Counted from the stretch's first letter, positions 48,173-58,070 are shown. The stretch is DNA of 58,665 bases from an uncultured Muribaculum sp. (GCA_964578325.1 CAZOCO010000002.1:1-58665); one strand, 5' to 3'. Notes: a model not told the origin generated them from the sequence alone. Numbers and translations: made by a program.

Positions 48173-48373
48173 TTGCTATTTCCCCCTCCTTCCGGACAGC
48201 ATGCTGTCCCTACTGCGTGAGTGGCCGTTTGTGCCGCCGGGGTAGTGAGGAGGTAGGGAGTTGTGGTACAATTATGCTTTCATGATGGCGTTAAGGTTGC
48301 GCCTTGGGTCGGATGTGTATCGCGATTTTATCGCGAAGAGTGGTTTTTATCAGACAGCAATAATCTGAAAATA

Positions 48374-48405
48374 AAAATGGCCGGAGTGTATGCCCCGGCC
48401 ATTTT
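48374..48405 (-). terminator. Terminator of the OMP gene
   Basis: AAAATGGCCGG / CCGGCCATTTT stem with a T-tract on the minus strand. Confidence 0.7.
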
Positions 48406-48426
48406 CTTAAGGTGTAACTATGTCGA

Positions 48427-48999
48427 TTAGAAGCTATAACCTACGCCAACCGAGAAGTTGCGGTCGTTGATCTTGCCAAGTTCTTTCTTTACGGGTTTGA
48501 TGAAGTCTGTACCAAACTGACCGTATACGAAGAATTTCTTAACATATACTTTGGCTCCTACTTGCCAGCCCATCTGGAATTTCTTGAAGCCTTCGCTTGT
48601 TGAATATTCTTCGCCGTCGTCCTTAATGGTCATCTTGTGCATAGGATTGAAACGGAAGTTAATACCTGCATAGGGAGCAATAGCAAATGTTTCACCCAAT
48701 TTTACTTTGTAGGTAAAGTTTACGGGAACCTTTACATTGAACTGTTTCCAGGTTACATCATCCTCGGTGCAAGAAATATAACCAAGATTTGCTCCGAATT
48801 CTACTGCCATAGGCGATTCTTCTCCGAGGCCGAGGCCATAGATGTAGCCGACTTCAAAACCGTTGAGAGTAGAGGGGTCGGCACCTTTTGCTGTCATTGA
48901 TGTTCCGGCATATCCGGCGTAGGCTGCCATGTAGTTTTCAGCAGAAGCTGCGCTGACCACACCCAGCATCATTGCACATGCAAGAATTACTTTTTTCAT
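48427..48999 (-). CDS. Outer-membrane beta-barrel (porin family) protein
   Basis: Signal peptide; alternating beta-strands (VKVPVNFTY, APYAGINF); terminal VGVGYSF. Confidence 0.85.
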   Translation of the reverse strand: MKKVILACAMMLGVVSAASAENYMAAYAGYAGTSMTAKGADPSTLNGFEVGYIYGLGLGEESPMAVEFGANLGYISCTEDDVTWKQFNVKVPVNFTYKVKLGETFAIAPYAGINFRFNPMHKMTIKDDGEEYSTSEGFKKFQMGWQVGAKVYVKKFFVYGQFGTDFIKPVKKELGKINDRNFSVGVGYSF

Positions 49000-49104
49000 A
49001 ATTTTGTTTTTTTGAGGGTTAAGAAATATGTTGAATATTCAATTAAGCCGTAGCTTGCACATGCAAATTTATATATTTCTTAACATTTTACCCCCCCCCA
49101 TGAG

Positions 49105-50034
49105 TTAAAATTTGTTAATGTTTGCAATGGCGTTTCTTTTGAGTCCCTCAAGGCCGGTTCGTCTTACCGCCGAGTGACCGAAGAGTTGTCGGAATCCGGT
49201 TTCGTCTAAAGCGAGTATCTGGTCGCGTGATAGTGTCAGCATCTGTGGGGATGCGGCAAATTCAGGAAGCGGTGATATCAAGGTATTTTTATTCATAGGG
49301 CAAGTGCGCTGGCATATATCACATCCGAAAACTTGTCCATGAAGCTGTATTTCCGGCGGTATCTGCCCCCGATGCTCGATGGTGAGATACGACAGGCAGC
49401 GGCGCGAATCCAGATGTCCGTCACCCGACAGGGCATGCCCGGGACATGCCTCGATACATCGCCTGCAATCGGCGGGACAGCTTTTTGTACATGGAGATGA
49501 TGGCGTGATGTCGAGCGTGGTAAGAATTTCGCCGAGTACCACATAGCTGCCATAGTCGGGAATTGATAACAGGCAGTTGCGTCCCTGAAAACCGATACCG
49601 GCTTTGGTGGCCCAGTAGCGTTCGGCCAGTGGTGCGGTATCGACACATACCCTGTGAGTGCCGCCATAAAGTTGTGTGAGTCGGTCGGCTATTGATTTCA
49701 AACGCCGCCGCACGACATCGTGGTAGTCCTCACCGTAGGCATACAGAGCGAAGCGTGGTAAAGAGCTGTCGCGTTCGACAGGTGGTTTGTAGCTGAAAGC
49801 GCATACTACGACTGACCGACAACCGGGTAAAACCGAAGATGTATTTCGGCGCAATTCTACGTGACGTTCGAGCCATCGCATGTCGGCATGATTGCCTTCT
49901 GCCACCCAACGCTGCAAATCAGTGGCTACACCGCTTTCGACATCGCCTGCCGCTGCCACACCGCATGCTACCGCACCGGCTTCGGCTGCCATGTCTTTTA
50001 TTTCTTCGTCAGAAATTGATCGGGAGAAGCTCAT
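49105..50034 (-). CDS. queG: Epoxyqueuosine reductase
   Basis: YAYGEDYHDV, CVDTAPLAER, CRRCIEACP, RRCLSYLTIE and FGCDICQRTCP. Confidence 0.93.
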   Translation of the reverse strand: MSFSRSISDEEIKDMAAEAGAVACGVAAAGDVESGVATDLQRWVAEGNHADMRWLERHVELRRNTSSVLPGCRSVVVCAFSYKPPVERDSSLPRFALYAYGEDYHDVVRRRLKSIADRLTQLYGGTHRVCVDTAPLAERYWATKAGIGFQGRNCLLSIPDYGSYVVLGEILTTLDITPSSPCTKSCPADCRRCIEACPGHALSGDGHLDSRRCLSYLTIEHRGQIPPEIQLHGQVFGCDICQRTCPMNKNTLISPLPEFAASPQMLTLSRDQILALDETGFRQLFGHSAVRRTGLEGLKRNAIANINKF

Positions 50035-50629
50035 ATCCCTGAGACTGCAGCCATTCTATGGCTCGGGGAAGGGCATATCGCAGATTGCCCTCGGCCTTGA
50101 GTGAGTCGTGAAATACTATTATCGAGCCATTGCGTGTATATCGGCGCACATTGTCGAGTACCTGCTGTCCGGTCAGTTTTTTAGAATAGTCGCGTGTAAC
50201 CAGATCGTACATTATAATGTCGTAGTGATCTTTGATGGCGCGAGCCTGGCTCCAGCGTATCAGTCCGTGTGGAGCACGAAACAAGGTGGAGTCGATCAGC
50301 TCGTTTGCTTCGGCAATGTTGCGCAGATAGCGGGTGGTGGTAACCTTGAGTCCCTGGAGATGGTTCATGGTGTGGTTTCCCCAAGAGTGTCCGCGACGCT
50401 TTATCTCTTCGAGCAGATGGGGTGAACGAACTACGTTGTCGCCGACAAGAAAGAATGTCGCCTTGACATTGTAGTAGTCGAGCAAATCGAGCACCCAAGG
50501 GGTCACTTCGGGAATCGGGCCGTCGTCAAACGTGAGATATGCGACCTTGCGTTTGCGGCGCCGTATGCGCCATACTGCTTCGGGAAACAGCAGACGGTAG
50601 AACAGCGGTGGCCGCTCAATAAACCTCAT
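50009..50629 (-). CDS. Polysaccharide deacetylase (CE4/NodB)
   Basis: YLTFDDGP, GNHTMNH, FRAPHG and IIVFHDS. Start at MRFIER. Confidence 0.9.
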   Translation of the reverse strand: MRFIERPPLFYRLLFPEAVWRIRRRKRKVAYLTFDDGPIPEVTPWVLDLLDYYNVKATFFLVGDNVVRSPHLLEEIKRRGHSWGNHTMNHLQGLKVTTTRYLRNIAEANELIDSTLFRAPHGLIRWSQARAIKDHYDIIMYDLVTRDYSKKLTGQQVLDNVRRYTRNGSIIVFHDSLKAEGNLRYALPRAIEWLQSQGYELLPINF

Positions 50630-50652
50630 CGGCGACAATCGGTCGGGAAGTC

Positions 50653-53600
50653 TCATTCGGCAGTGTTAGATATTTCTGTCGGTTGATTTTCGGGCCGAGA
50701 CATCTGCCGGTAGTAGCGCGAGAAGTCAACTCCTTCGGCCTGCAGGTCGCGGAGCATCTGTTCGGTGTCTCCGTCGGCGTTGGCATACAGCTGCAGCAGA
50801 TTCATGAACATGGTGTCGTAGATATACCGGTCGGTGCGTGTGAGCAGGGCGAACTTATCGGGCGTAAGGCTCTGGATAAATAGTACGTATTGCTTATAGA
50901 GACCGATTTCATGTTCAAGCAGGTCGCGGGCCTTGGCTACATCTTCGTCGTTGCCGGTAACATCTCCGAGACGCGTATACAGGTCGGCCACAGAAGGCCC
51001 TATGGCAACTCCGAGTGGCGAAGCCGCTACAGGGAGCTTTTCAATCATCAGATCCAGGAGCTCGCGTGAACGGCGGTAGCGTTCGTCGACATACTGCCGG
51101 GCTTTGACATATTCTTCGGTAGACATGCTGGCACTGTCGGCCATCAGATGTACCTCGGCCGTGATGCCTTCGTTGTAGAGAGCGGTGGCTACATCGAGCA
51201 TGGCCGAACGAGTGGATGTGACCATTCGGCGTACTGTCTCGTCGAGATAAATGTCGTCGGGCGATTTTACTTTGTCGAGGCCACCCCAGCGGAATTTATT
51301 GACGATATTGTCGTAGGCCTTGTCGGTGTTGACGCCCGGCTGGCCGTCGTCAGTGCGTGTTCCCGATACTTCATATGTCATACCGGTGAGTCGCAGATGA
51401 GGGTGGAGACCCATGTAGAGATCGTCGGATACCGTCATTGCAAAATATACCGGTCGAGGCCATCCCTGTTCGGCATCGGCAGCCAGCATATCGGTGGCGA
51501 TTATTTTTGACAGTCGCATACCGTTTTCAGGGTCATCCATGAAGTTGAGCGTGATGGCATCTGCAACCTCGTCTTTACGTTCGGCCGGGATGCGTCCGGC
51601 TTTTACCAACGCGTCGGCATCGAGAGGTATGTACATGTTGGGATACTTCACCTCGCGAAGATTGAATGTATGGTTGGTTGAGTTTTTCTTATCGTAAAGA
51701 GCCCGTAGCGCGCCAATAGCATTGACTGCTGTGGTATCCGGGTCAATGATATATGCAAACTGTAGCGAGTCGTTGGCATAGTCGGCGGGAGTGGCCATCA
51801 TAGGCACCGGCAGACCATCGTAGCTGTGATAGCGCAACTGGTCTACATACCATCCGGTAGTAAGATATGACAGGTTGACAACCCTGACGTCAGTGCGGTA
51901 GCCTTCTACCTCCTGTGCATACCACAAGGGGAATGTGTCGTTGTCTCCGTTGGTAAACACGATGGCGTTTTCGTCGAGACTCGACAGATAGTTCATTCCG
52001 AAATCGCGGGCAGTATAGCGGCCCGAACGGTCGTGGTCGTCCCATGTTTGCGATACTACCTGCAGAGGTATTGCTATGGCAACAACCGAGCATGCTCCGG
52101 CTAAAGCCATACGGTTGCGGCGGCTTTGATTTTTCAGCAGCATCAAGCCATAGTGCCACAGTCCGGCTACACCCATGCCAACCCAGATCGCGTAGGCGTA
52201 GAATGAACCGGCAAAGGCATAGTCGCGTTCGCGTGGTTCGTTGGGTGTCTGATTAAGATAGATGACGATGGCTATACCGGTCATGAAGAACAAGAAGGCT
52301 ACGACCCAGAATTGCTCTATACCACGCTTCGACACAAATGCCTGCCAGCATATACCGATGATACCCATAAGCAGCGGCAGCAGATAGAATTTGTTGTGGC
52401 CCTTGTTGCCACTACCCAGGTCGTCGGGCAGTAGTGACTGGTCGCCCAGGCGCAGGTTGTCGAGCAGCGGTATTCCCGAAATCCAGTTGCCGTGGGTGAC
52501 TTCTCCGTTGCCCTGTAGATCGTTCTGACGTCCGGCAAAATTCCATAGGAAGTAGCGCCAGTACATGTGGTTGAGCTGGTAGTTGAAGAAGTATCGCAGA
52601 TTTTCAGCCATTGTGGGTTTGAGCTTGGCCTGGCGGGCCGACTCTACCGGATTGCCTGCCGCGTCGATATATGGAGTCACATATACCGGGGTGCCGGTCA
52701 TGCCGCTCCAGCTTTTATAATCCTGAACATATCGGCTCTCATACATGCGGGGAAACAGCATGTTCAGTTCAGGCACCATCTTATAGTCGGTCTTGTAGCC
52801 TGTCACGACATAGCGGTCGGGATCGTCGGGGTTGGCTTTTACCGCTTTGCCGTAGATGGCCCGGCCTTCTTCGCGTATGGCGTGGGGAACACCTTTGGCG
52901 TCGAGCTGATAGAGAATCGAAGAATTGAATGTCGGGCCGTAGAGCAGCGGATGCTGTCCGTATTGTTCGCGGTTAAGGTATGATGACAATGCAAACACGT
53001 TGTCGGGGGCATTCTGGTTCATGGGTGTATTGGCTGCCGAGCGTATCAGCAACAGCGCGTAGCTTGAATAGCCAATGAAGATTACCAGTATCGACAGAAT
53101 GATTACGTTTAAGATACGCACCGGGATGCGTTTCATCCATCCGAACAGGTAGTAAAGCAATCCGGCTGAAAGCACTACCGGTATCCACATCGATTCTCCG
53201 ATAAACGGTATGCCGGAAAGGAATACCGAGAGGAATACCGATATCTTGATCGCCGTGGCATTACGCTGGATATACAGTTCACGCACGGCCCATATCATCA
53301 CACCCAGGGTGACGATGGCATATATAAGTGTTCCGGCATTGTAGCTCATGCCCATTACATTGACGAACAACAGTTCGGAATACTGCGCCATTTCAATGAA
53401 GCCCGGTACGAGACCGTAGAGTATCAGCGCCACAATGGCAAACGATATCAGAAGCGAAACGATGGATCCGCGGGCATCGGTATTCTTGAATTTGCGATAG
53501 TAGAATACCAAGACAATGGCGGGGATACATAGCAGGTTGAGCAGGTGTACGGCGATTGAAATTCCGATTACGTAGGCAATCAGAACCAGATAGCGATCGG

Positions 53601-54120
53601 AATGAGGATCGTCAGCACGATTTTCCCACTTAAGTATCAGCCAGAACACCAGTGCCGTACAGAATGACGAGAACGCATATACTTCACCTTCTACGGCCGA
53701 AAACCAGAAAGTGTCGCTCCATGTGTACATAAGCGAGCCGCACACGCCCGATGCAAATATTATCACCATGTCAAGCACACTGACTGATTCGGCGTCGTCC
53801 TTGACTATGAGGTGCTTTACGAGCATAGTAATAGTCCAGAACAGCAGAAGTATCGTGGCTGCGCTCAATAGAGCCGACATCGAGTTGACAGCGATGGCGA
53901 CGTATTCAGGTGAGGGAGCGAAGTTTACAAAGAAGCGTGCCGCAAGCATAAATATAGGGTTGCCCGGCGGGTGACCGATTTCAAGCTTGTAGCCTTGTGA
54001 TATAAACTCCGGACAGTCCCAGAACGAGGCTGTCGGTTCGATCGTGAGCAGATAGGTTACGGCTGCTATAACAAACATCAGCCAGCCTATTGCGTCGTTG
54101 AGTATGCGGTAACGTTTCAT
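50653..54120 (-). CDS. DUF2723 / TMEM260-like multi-TM GT-C glycosyltransferase
   Basis: TASFWDCPEFI, GHPPGNP, FWFSAVEGEVY, PRERDYAF and FTNGDNDTFPLWY; many TM helices. Confidence 0.88.
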   Translation of the reverse strand: MKRYRILNDAIGWLMFVIAAVTYLLTIEPTASFWDCPEFISQGYKLEIGHPPGNPIFMLAARFFVNFAPSPEYVAIAVNSMSALLSAATILLLFWTITMLVKHLIVKDDAESVSVLDMVIIFASGVCGSLMYTWSDTFWFSAVEGEVYAFSSFCTALVFWLILKWENRADDPHSDRYLVLIAYVIGISIAVHLLNLLCIPAIVLVFYYRKFKNTDARGSIVSLLISFAIVALILYGLVPGFIEMAQYSELLFVNVMGMSYNAGTLIYAIVTLGVMIWAVRELYIQRNATAIKISVFLSVFLSGIPFIGESMWIPVVLSAGLLYYLFGWMKRIPVRILNVIILSILVIFIGYSSYALLLIRSAANTPMNQNAPDNVFALSSYLNREQYGQHPLLYGPTFNSSILYQLDAKGVPHAIREEGRAIYGKAVKANPDDPDRYVVTGYKTDYKMVPELNMLFPRMYESRYVQDYKSWSGMTGTPVYVTPYIDAAGNPVESARQAKLKPTMAENLRYFFNYQLNHMYWRYFLWNFAGRQNDLQGNGEVTHGNWISGIPLLDNLRLGDQSLLPDDLGSGNKGHNKFYLLPLLMGIIGICWQAFVSKRGIEQFWVVAFLFFMTGIAIVIYLNQTPNEPRERDYAFAGSFYAYAIWVGMGVAGLWHYGLMLLKNQSRRNRMALAGACSVVAIAIPLQVVSQTWDDHDRSGRYTARDFGMNYLSSLDENAIVFTNGDNDTFPLWYAQEVEGYRTDVRVVNLSYLTTGWYVDQLRYHSYDGLPVPMMATPADYANDSLQFAYIIDPDTTAVNAIGALRALYDKKNSTNHTFNLREVKYPNMYIPLDADALVKAGRIPAERKDEVADAITLNFMDDPENGMRLSKIIATDMLAADAEQGWPRPVYFAMTVSDDLYMGLHPHLRLTGMTYEVSGTRTDDGQPGVNTDKAYDNIVNKFRWGGLDKVKSPDDIYLDETVRRMVTSTRSAMLDVATALYNEGITAEVHLMADSASMSTEEYVKARQYVDERYRRSRELLDLMIEKLPVAASPLGVAIGPSVADLYTRLGDVTGNDEDVAKARDLLEHEIGLYKQYVLFIQSLTPDKFALLTRTDRYIYDTMFMNLLQLYANADGDTEQMLRDLQAEGVDFSRYYRQMSRPENQPTEISNTAE

Positions 54121-54148
54121 CCTTTGAACGAATAAGATAACTTGGCCG

Positions 54149-54156
54149 CAAAGTTA
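54149..54156 (-). promoter_or_regulatory. -7 element for DUF2723-CE4-queG
   Basis: Minus strand TAACTTTG, 28 nt upstream of the ATG. Confidence 0.6.
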
Positions 54157-54234
54157 CGAAAAAATATCAGTAAAACTGTCGTGGTGCCCTCCGTGTTAAC
54201 AAATATTTGGTATGCGACGGGTAAAGGCAGGGTG

Positions 54235-55881
54235 TCAGTGCTGTTGCATAGCGTCGAATTCGAGCAGGCGCTCTATGGTGGTGAGTGCGCAGTTTGCCCA
54301 CATGTCCATTTCGTTGACGCGCTGGTTGCGGTATTCCCAGTATGTGGGCAGATAGCCGGTCTGCTGGTTCTGCTGTATGGTCATGTTGTCGATGAGGGCT
54401 TTGGCTTTTGCGTAGTCGAGAGGGTCACCGCACACTTTGTATAAAGCGAGAAATCCTCCAGAAACGTTTGACGCGCTGTTGTCGACCGGTTCGCGGAATC
54501 GGTATTGCTCCATTACGCAAGGTGTATTGTAGCGGCGGTATCCGTATACGTTAGGCAGATAGTTCCAATGGGTAAACTGGTCTTCGCACAGGCGCATCAG
54601 GTCACGGGCATCTTCGATATCGGCCGGAGTGGGATGGTCTTTTGCCATCAGATAGCGAGCATAGTTGGCGGCCACGTAGTTGGTGAGGTTTTCGTAGGGT
54701 TTAAGTCCCATTACCGATACATCTTCAAACTGCGCTGTCATGTCGAACGATCGTATGGCTACATCGTGCATCCATCGTTCGGCCCGCTGTTTCATATCTT
54801 CAAATTCAGTCGTGCCGTATTGCGACTGCATTCGGTCGGCAACCATGCATATGCTGTGCAGCATAGCTCCGGTATCAGACAACGGTTCACCAGTTATATA
54901 TGAGATTTTTATCGGAAAAGAACCGTCGGGCCGTTGTAGCTTGAGATATGTGCGTGTGATTTTCAGAGCCTGATTGTAGTATGTACTGTCGGCCGTCGCA
55001 TCAAACAGGTCCAGAAAAGCCTGTGTGGCGTAGTTGGCGTCCATTGTCATGGTCTCGGAAAGAGACCCGGCCATGGTTTCGGTATAGTAGGTCGGCGGAA
55101 ATGCGGGAAGCGGTGCCGTGTCTGGCTGACTGTTTTTGATGAGGAAGTCGGCGGCATTACGTGCTATTGTCAGGGCTTCATCGCGCTCTGACGGCATGTA
55201 ACGTGACACAAGGACTTCGTTGCGCACGATTGCGCTTATAATCTTGTTGGCATATGCGTAGTATGGATATGTCATGTCGGGGACTGGAGATGTGAGCCAG
55301 CTCTGCACTTGTGGCAGTTTGTGCATAAAGAGCATTCCTTTCAGAGCAGCTTCGCGATAAGGCCGAACCGGACTGTTGTATGGGCCGTTGAAACCGAAGT
55401 CGCGCAGGAACTTGCGCTTTGCCACTTCTGCAAGTACGTTACCGTTGCCGTCAAGAGCTTCAACGGTCAGGATTACACGTGCCGGTGGAATGCTGTCCCA
55501 GACAGGTTGCAGAGAAGCGCGCGGTGTGCTGGCTGTGAACGTAACGGGTTTAAAGCGCGGGCTTGCCAGAAGTGGCCGTTCTCCCGGAGCCGGTTCACGG
55601 CCGGCGGTGTCACAGATTATGGTGTAGCGGTATGTCGCGGCATTGTCGACAGGCTGGAAGTCGAAGGCAGGAGCGTAGGTAAACTTTATTGAAAATTCAT
55701 TCCAGAACGGATTGCGCTCCTCGTAGCCGGGACGTATCGGTTGCAGATATTCAGCGGCTGCCCGGGTGTTAAGCTCTTTGTAATCAAGTGTGTCGGGAGC
55801 TGTCGTGTATGTCGCGGCATTGGAGCCTATAGCGACAATCGCGGAAATAGATGCGGTGATATATTTTATGGTATTCTTCAT
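54235..55881 (-). CDS. Secreted hypothetical protein, probable (alpha/alpha) toroid fold
   Basis: 548 aa; signal peptide; helical repeats 'ARNAADFLIKNSQ', 'YLKLQRPDGSF' and 'NMTIQQNQQTG'. Confidence 0.65.
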   Translation of the reverse strand: MKNTIKYITASISAIVAIGSNAATYTTAPDTLDYKELNTRAAAEYLQPIRPGYEERNPFWNEFSIKFTYAPAFDFQPVDNAATYRYTIICDTAGREPAPGERPLLASPRFKPVTFTASTPRASLQPVWDSIPPARVILTVEALDGNGNVLAEVAKRKFLRDFGFNGPYNSPVRPYREAALKGMLFMHKLPQVQSWLTSPVPDMTYPYYAYANKIISAIVRNEVLVSRYMPSERDEALTIARNAADFLIKNSQPDTAPLPAFPPTYYTETMAGSLSETMTMDANYATQAFLDLFDATADSTYYNQALKITRTYLKLQRPDGSFPIKISYITGEPLSDTGAMLHSICMVADRMQSQYGTTEFEDMKQRAERWMHDVAIRSFDMTAQFEDVSVMGLKPYENLTNYVAANYARYLMAKDHPTPADIEDARDLMRLCEDQFTHWNYLPNVYGYRRYNTPCVMEQYRFREPVDNSASNVSGGFLALYKVCGDPLDYAKAKALIDNMTIQQNQQTGYLPTYWEYRNQRVNEMDMWANCALTTIERLLEFDAMQQH

Positions 55882-56010
55882 AATGTATAATAATATATTA
55901 CAAATTTACGTAAAACTATCAATACCACCAAATGCTGACCGTGATGATGCAATCAGTGAACCTTGAAGGCGGATAAATCATTATAATAGTATAAAAAGAA
56001 TGGAATAGAT

Positions 56011-57066
56011 ATGAAAGATATTGATGTGAAAGATAAAAGGGTGGAAATTAAGTTTCACCGTGTCACGCCCGACGATATACCTACATTGATGAAATATTTG
56101 CCTACGGCTGCCAGTCGTACGTGCGATTTTTCTATAGGCGGAATCACTATGTGGGCCGACTATTTCAACTATGAAATGGCGGTGTATAATGATACGCTGT
56201 TTATGAAAGGTGTATGTGAGGACGATCTGTCGCGTTCTGCATTCTCGATGCCTGTAGGCAAAATGTCTACGAGAGAGGCGGTAGAGACGCTTGAAGCATA
56301 TTGTCGTGCCGAGGGAATGCCTCTGGTATTGTCGGCTGTGCCGGAAGATTATCTTGAGACGCTTGCCGGTATGAGGTTTTCGGTAGACGAACTTGAGGAT
56401 TGGTCCGACTATGTATACCGGATAGAAGATCTGGCAACGTTATCTGGCAAACGGTATGGTCGCAAGCGTAATCATGTGAACCGTTTTATGGCAGATAATC
56501 CTGAATTTTCATTTGAACCTCTGACTTTGTCAAATGTGGCGGAGGTAAAGGATTTTTATATGAAGCTTGACAATCATGATGGCACCGGTTCGCCTACGGC
56601 AGCTGTCGAGCGTGAGCAAGTGTTCAGAGTGCTTGACGGTCTGGCTGAATATCCGTTTGAAGGTGGGGTATTGCGTAGCGCTCCCGGTCAGATAGTGGCA
56701 TTTACTCTCGGCGAGGTGATAGGCGACACGCTGTATGTGCATATCGAAAAGATGTGTCACGATGTGGCCGGCGCCGGTGAGACGATAAACAAGTGCTTTG
56801 CCGAAGAGATGCATCGTCGGCATGCAGATCTGGTGTGGGTCAACAGGGAGGAGGATGTAGGCGACGAGGGGCTCCGAAAAGCAAAGGAATCATACTGCCC
56901 GGCGATGAAACTGCGCAAATACAATCTGGTGTTTGCCCCTGTGGTCAGCGACGAGGTAACAGCACCAGAACCGGAACATCGTCAGGTCGAGATGCATAAA
57001 GCTGATGCTGTTCAGCCTGTGAGCGCACTCGTTGCAGCGCACGTTCGAGCAGCGGAGCGCGCCTGA
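56011..57066 (+). CDS. DUF2156 / phosphatidylglycerol lysyltransferase C-terminal-like GNAT protein
   Basis: DYVYRIEDLATLSGKRYGRKRNHVNRF, HIEK and VNREEDVGDEGLRKAKESY. Confidence 0.88.
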   Translation: MKDIDVKDKRVEIKFHRVTPDDIPTLMKYLPTAASRTCDFSIGGITMWADYFNYEMAVYNDTLFMKGVCEDDLSRSAFSMPVGKMSTREAVETLEAYCRAEGMPLVLSAVPEDYLETLAGMRFSVDELEDWSDYVYRIEDLATLSGKRYGRKRNHVNRFMADNPEFSFEPLTLSNVAEVKDFYMKLDNHDGTGSPTAAVEREQVFRVLDGLAEYPFEGGVLRSAPGQIVAFTLGEVIGDTLYVHIEKMCHDVAGAGETINKCFAEEMHRRHADLVWVNREEDVGDEGLRKAKESYCPAMKLRKYNLVFAPVVSDEVTAPEPEHRQVEMHKADAVQPVSALVAAHVRAAERA

Positions 57067-57265
57067 CTGTGGCTTGTAGACTGCGGCACAATGTGTCGTC
57101 GACGGCCTCGCGACGCGCAACCAGTATTATACCCGAAATGTAGGTGGTGGAATGTAGTTCGTCGGTAAAAGGAATTATAGATAAAACTCCGCCGGGGGTG
57201 ATTTCTACAATGGAATTGCGGTATACTTTACCGCGATGTAGAACAACATTGGCAAGATAGCGCAT
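56945..57265 (-). CDS. Small hypothetical protein downstream of DUF4296
   Basis: ATG 19 nt after the DUF4296 stop; beta-rich N-terminus with a 'PFTDELHSTTYISG' motif like small Bacteroidales proteins at this locus. Confidence 0.55.
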   Translation of the reverse strand: MRYLANVVLHRGKVYRNSIVEITPGGVLSIIPFTDELHSTTYISGIILVARREAVDDTLCRSLQATVRRAPLLERALQRVRSQAEQHQLYASRPDDVPVLVLLPRR

Positions 57266-57284
57266 GGTAGTTATGCAGAAAGGA

Positions 57285-58070
57285 TCAGCGCACCATGTGA
57301 TAGCGCGACAAAGGTTGTGTTTCTGATACGCTGCGATGACCGATACGCATGCGTGTCAGAGATAGTGAGTCGGTAGTGAGCGACGGGCTACTCGGTAGAG
57401 GTTCATACTCGATCGAACCATGGATCACACGTGGCAACTGGGTGGTGTCAGTAGGAAATGTAATGGATTGCCATCCCGTGCCTGAAACGCGGCCCGATGC
57501 ATATGTGACGGTGTTGTCGGGATATTCGGCCGACATAGTCCATGTAAAGGTATTGATTGGAGATGAGGGCAGACGGAAATTCCACCTGTAGATATCTCCT
57601 TTTTCCCAGTGGTTGTCGCGTCGCAGGGTGAAGTGTAGATTGTCGGATGGTTGCAGTGGAGAGAAGCGGTGTGAGCGCATCGTGCTCCACACATCGATAG
57701 AGTCTCCTGCGAGCTCGATCTGGCCGTTGTCGTCGGTGCCGGCGATTTCCATTTCACGCAGTTCTGACTCAAGCCGTTCGGCAACAAGGTCGTATACTTC
57801 CATATAGTCTTCCAGATGGTGGCCGTACCACATGAATGAAGAGTCGAGCTGCTGCTGGCTGACGTTATGACGCGCAAGCACAGATTGTTTCATTAGCTGC
57901 TTTGCCGAATCGGTTGCATACTCTTTAGAATTCATGTCTATGATACTCTCTCCCCGATGAATGTCGAGAATAAGATCGGCCATCTGCTTCTTCGACAGTA
58001 CGTTGTCGGGAGTTCTGGAACATGCGGAGAGCAGAATCGTCAGAGTGATAGTGATCAGCAGACGGATCAT
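57285..58070 (-). CDS. DUF4296 lipoprotein
   Basis: Lipobox LSAC; 'VLSKKQMADLILDIH' and 'LDSSFMWYG'; ATGA overlap with lspA. Confidence 0.85.
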   Translation of the reverse strand: MIRLLITITLTILLSACSRTPDNVLSKKQMADLILDIHRGESIIDMNSKEYATDSAKQLMKQSVLARHNVSQQQLDSSFMWYGHHLEDYMEVYDLVAERLESELREMEIAGTDDNGQIELAGDSIDVWSTMRSHRFSPLQPSDNLHFTLRRDNHWEKGDIYRWNFRLPSSPINTFTWTMSAEYPDNTVTYASGRVSGTGWQSITFPTDTTQLPRVIHGSIEYEPLPSSPSLTTDSLSLTRMRIGHRSVSETQPLSRYHMVR

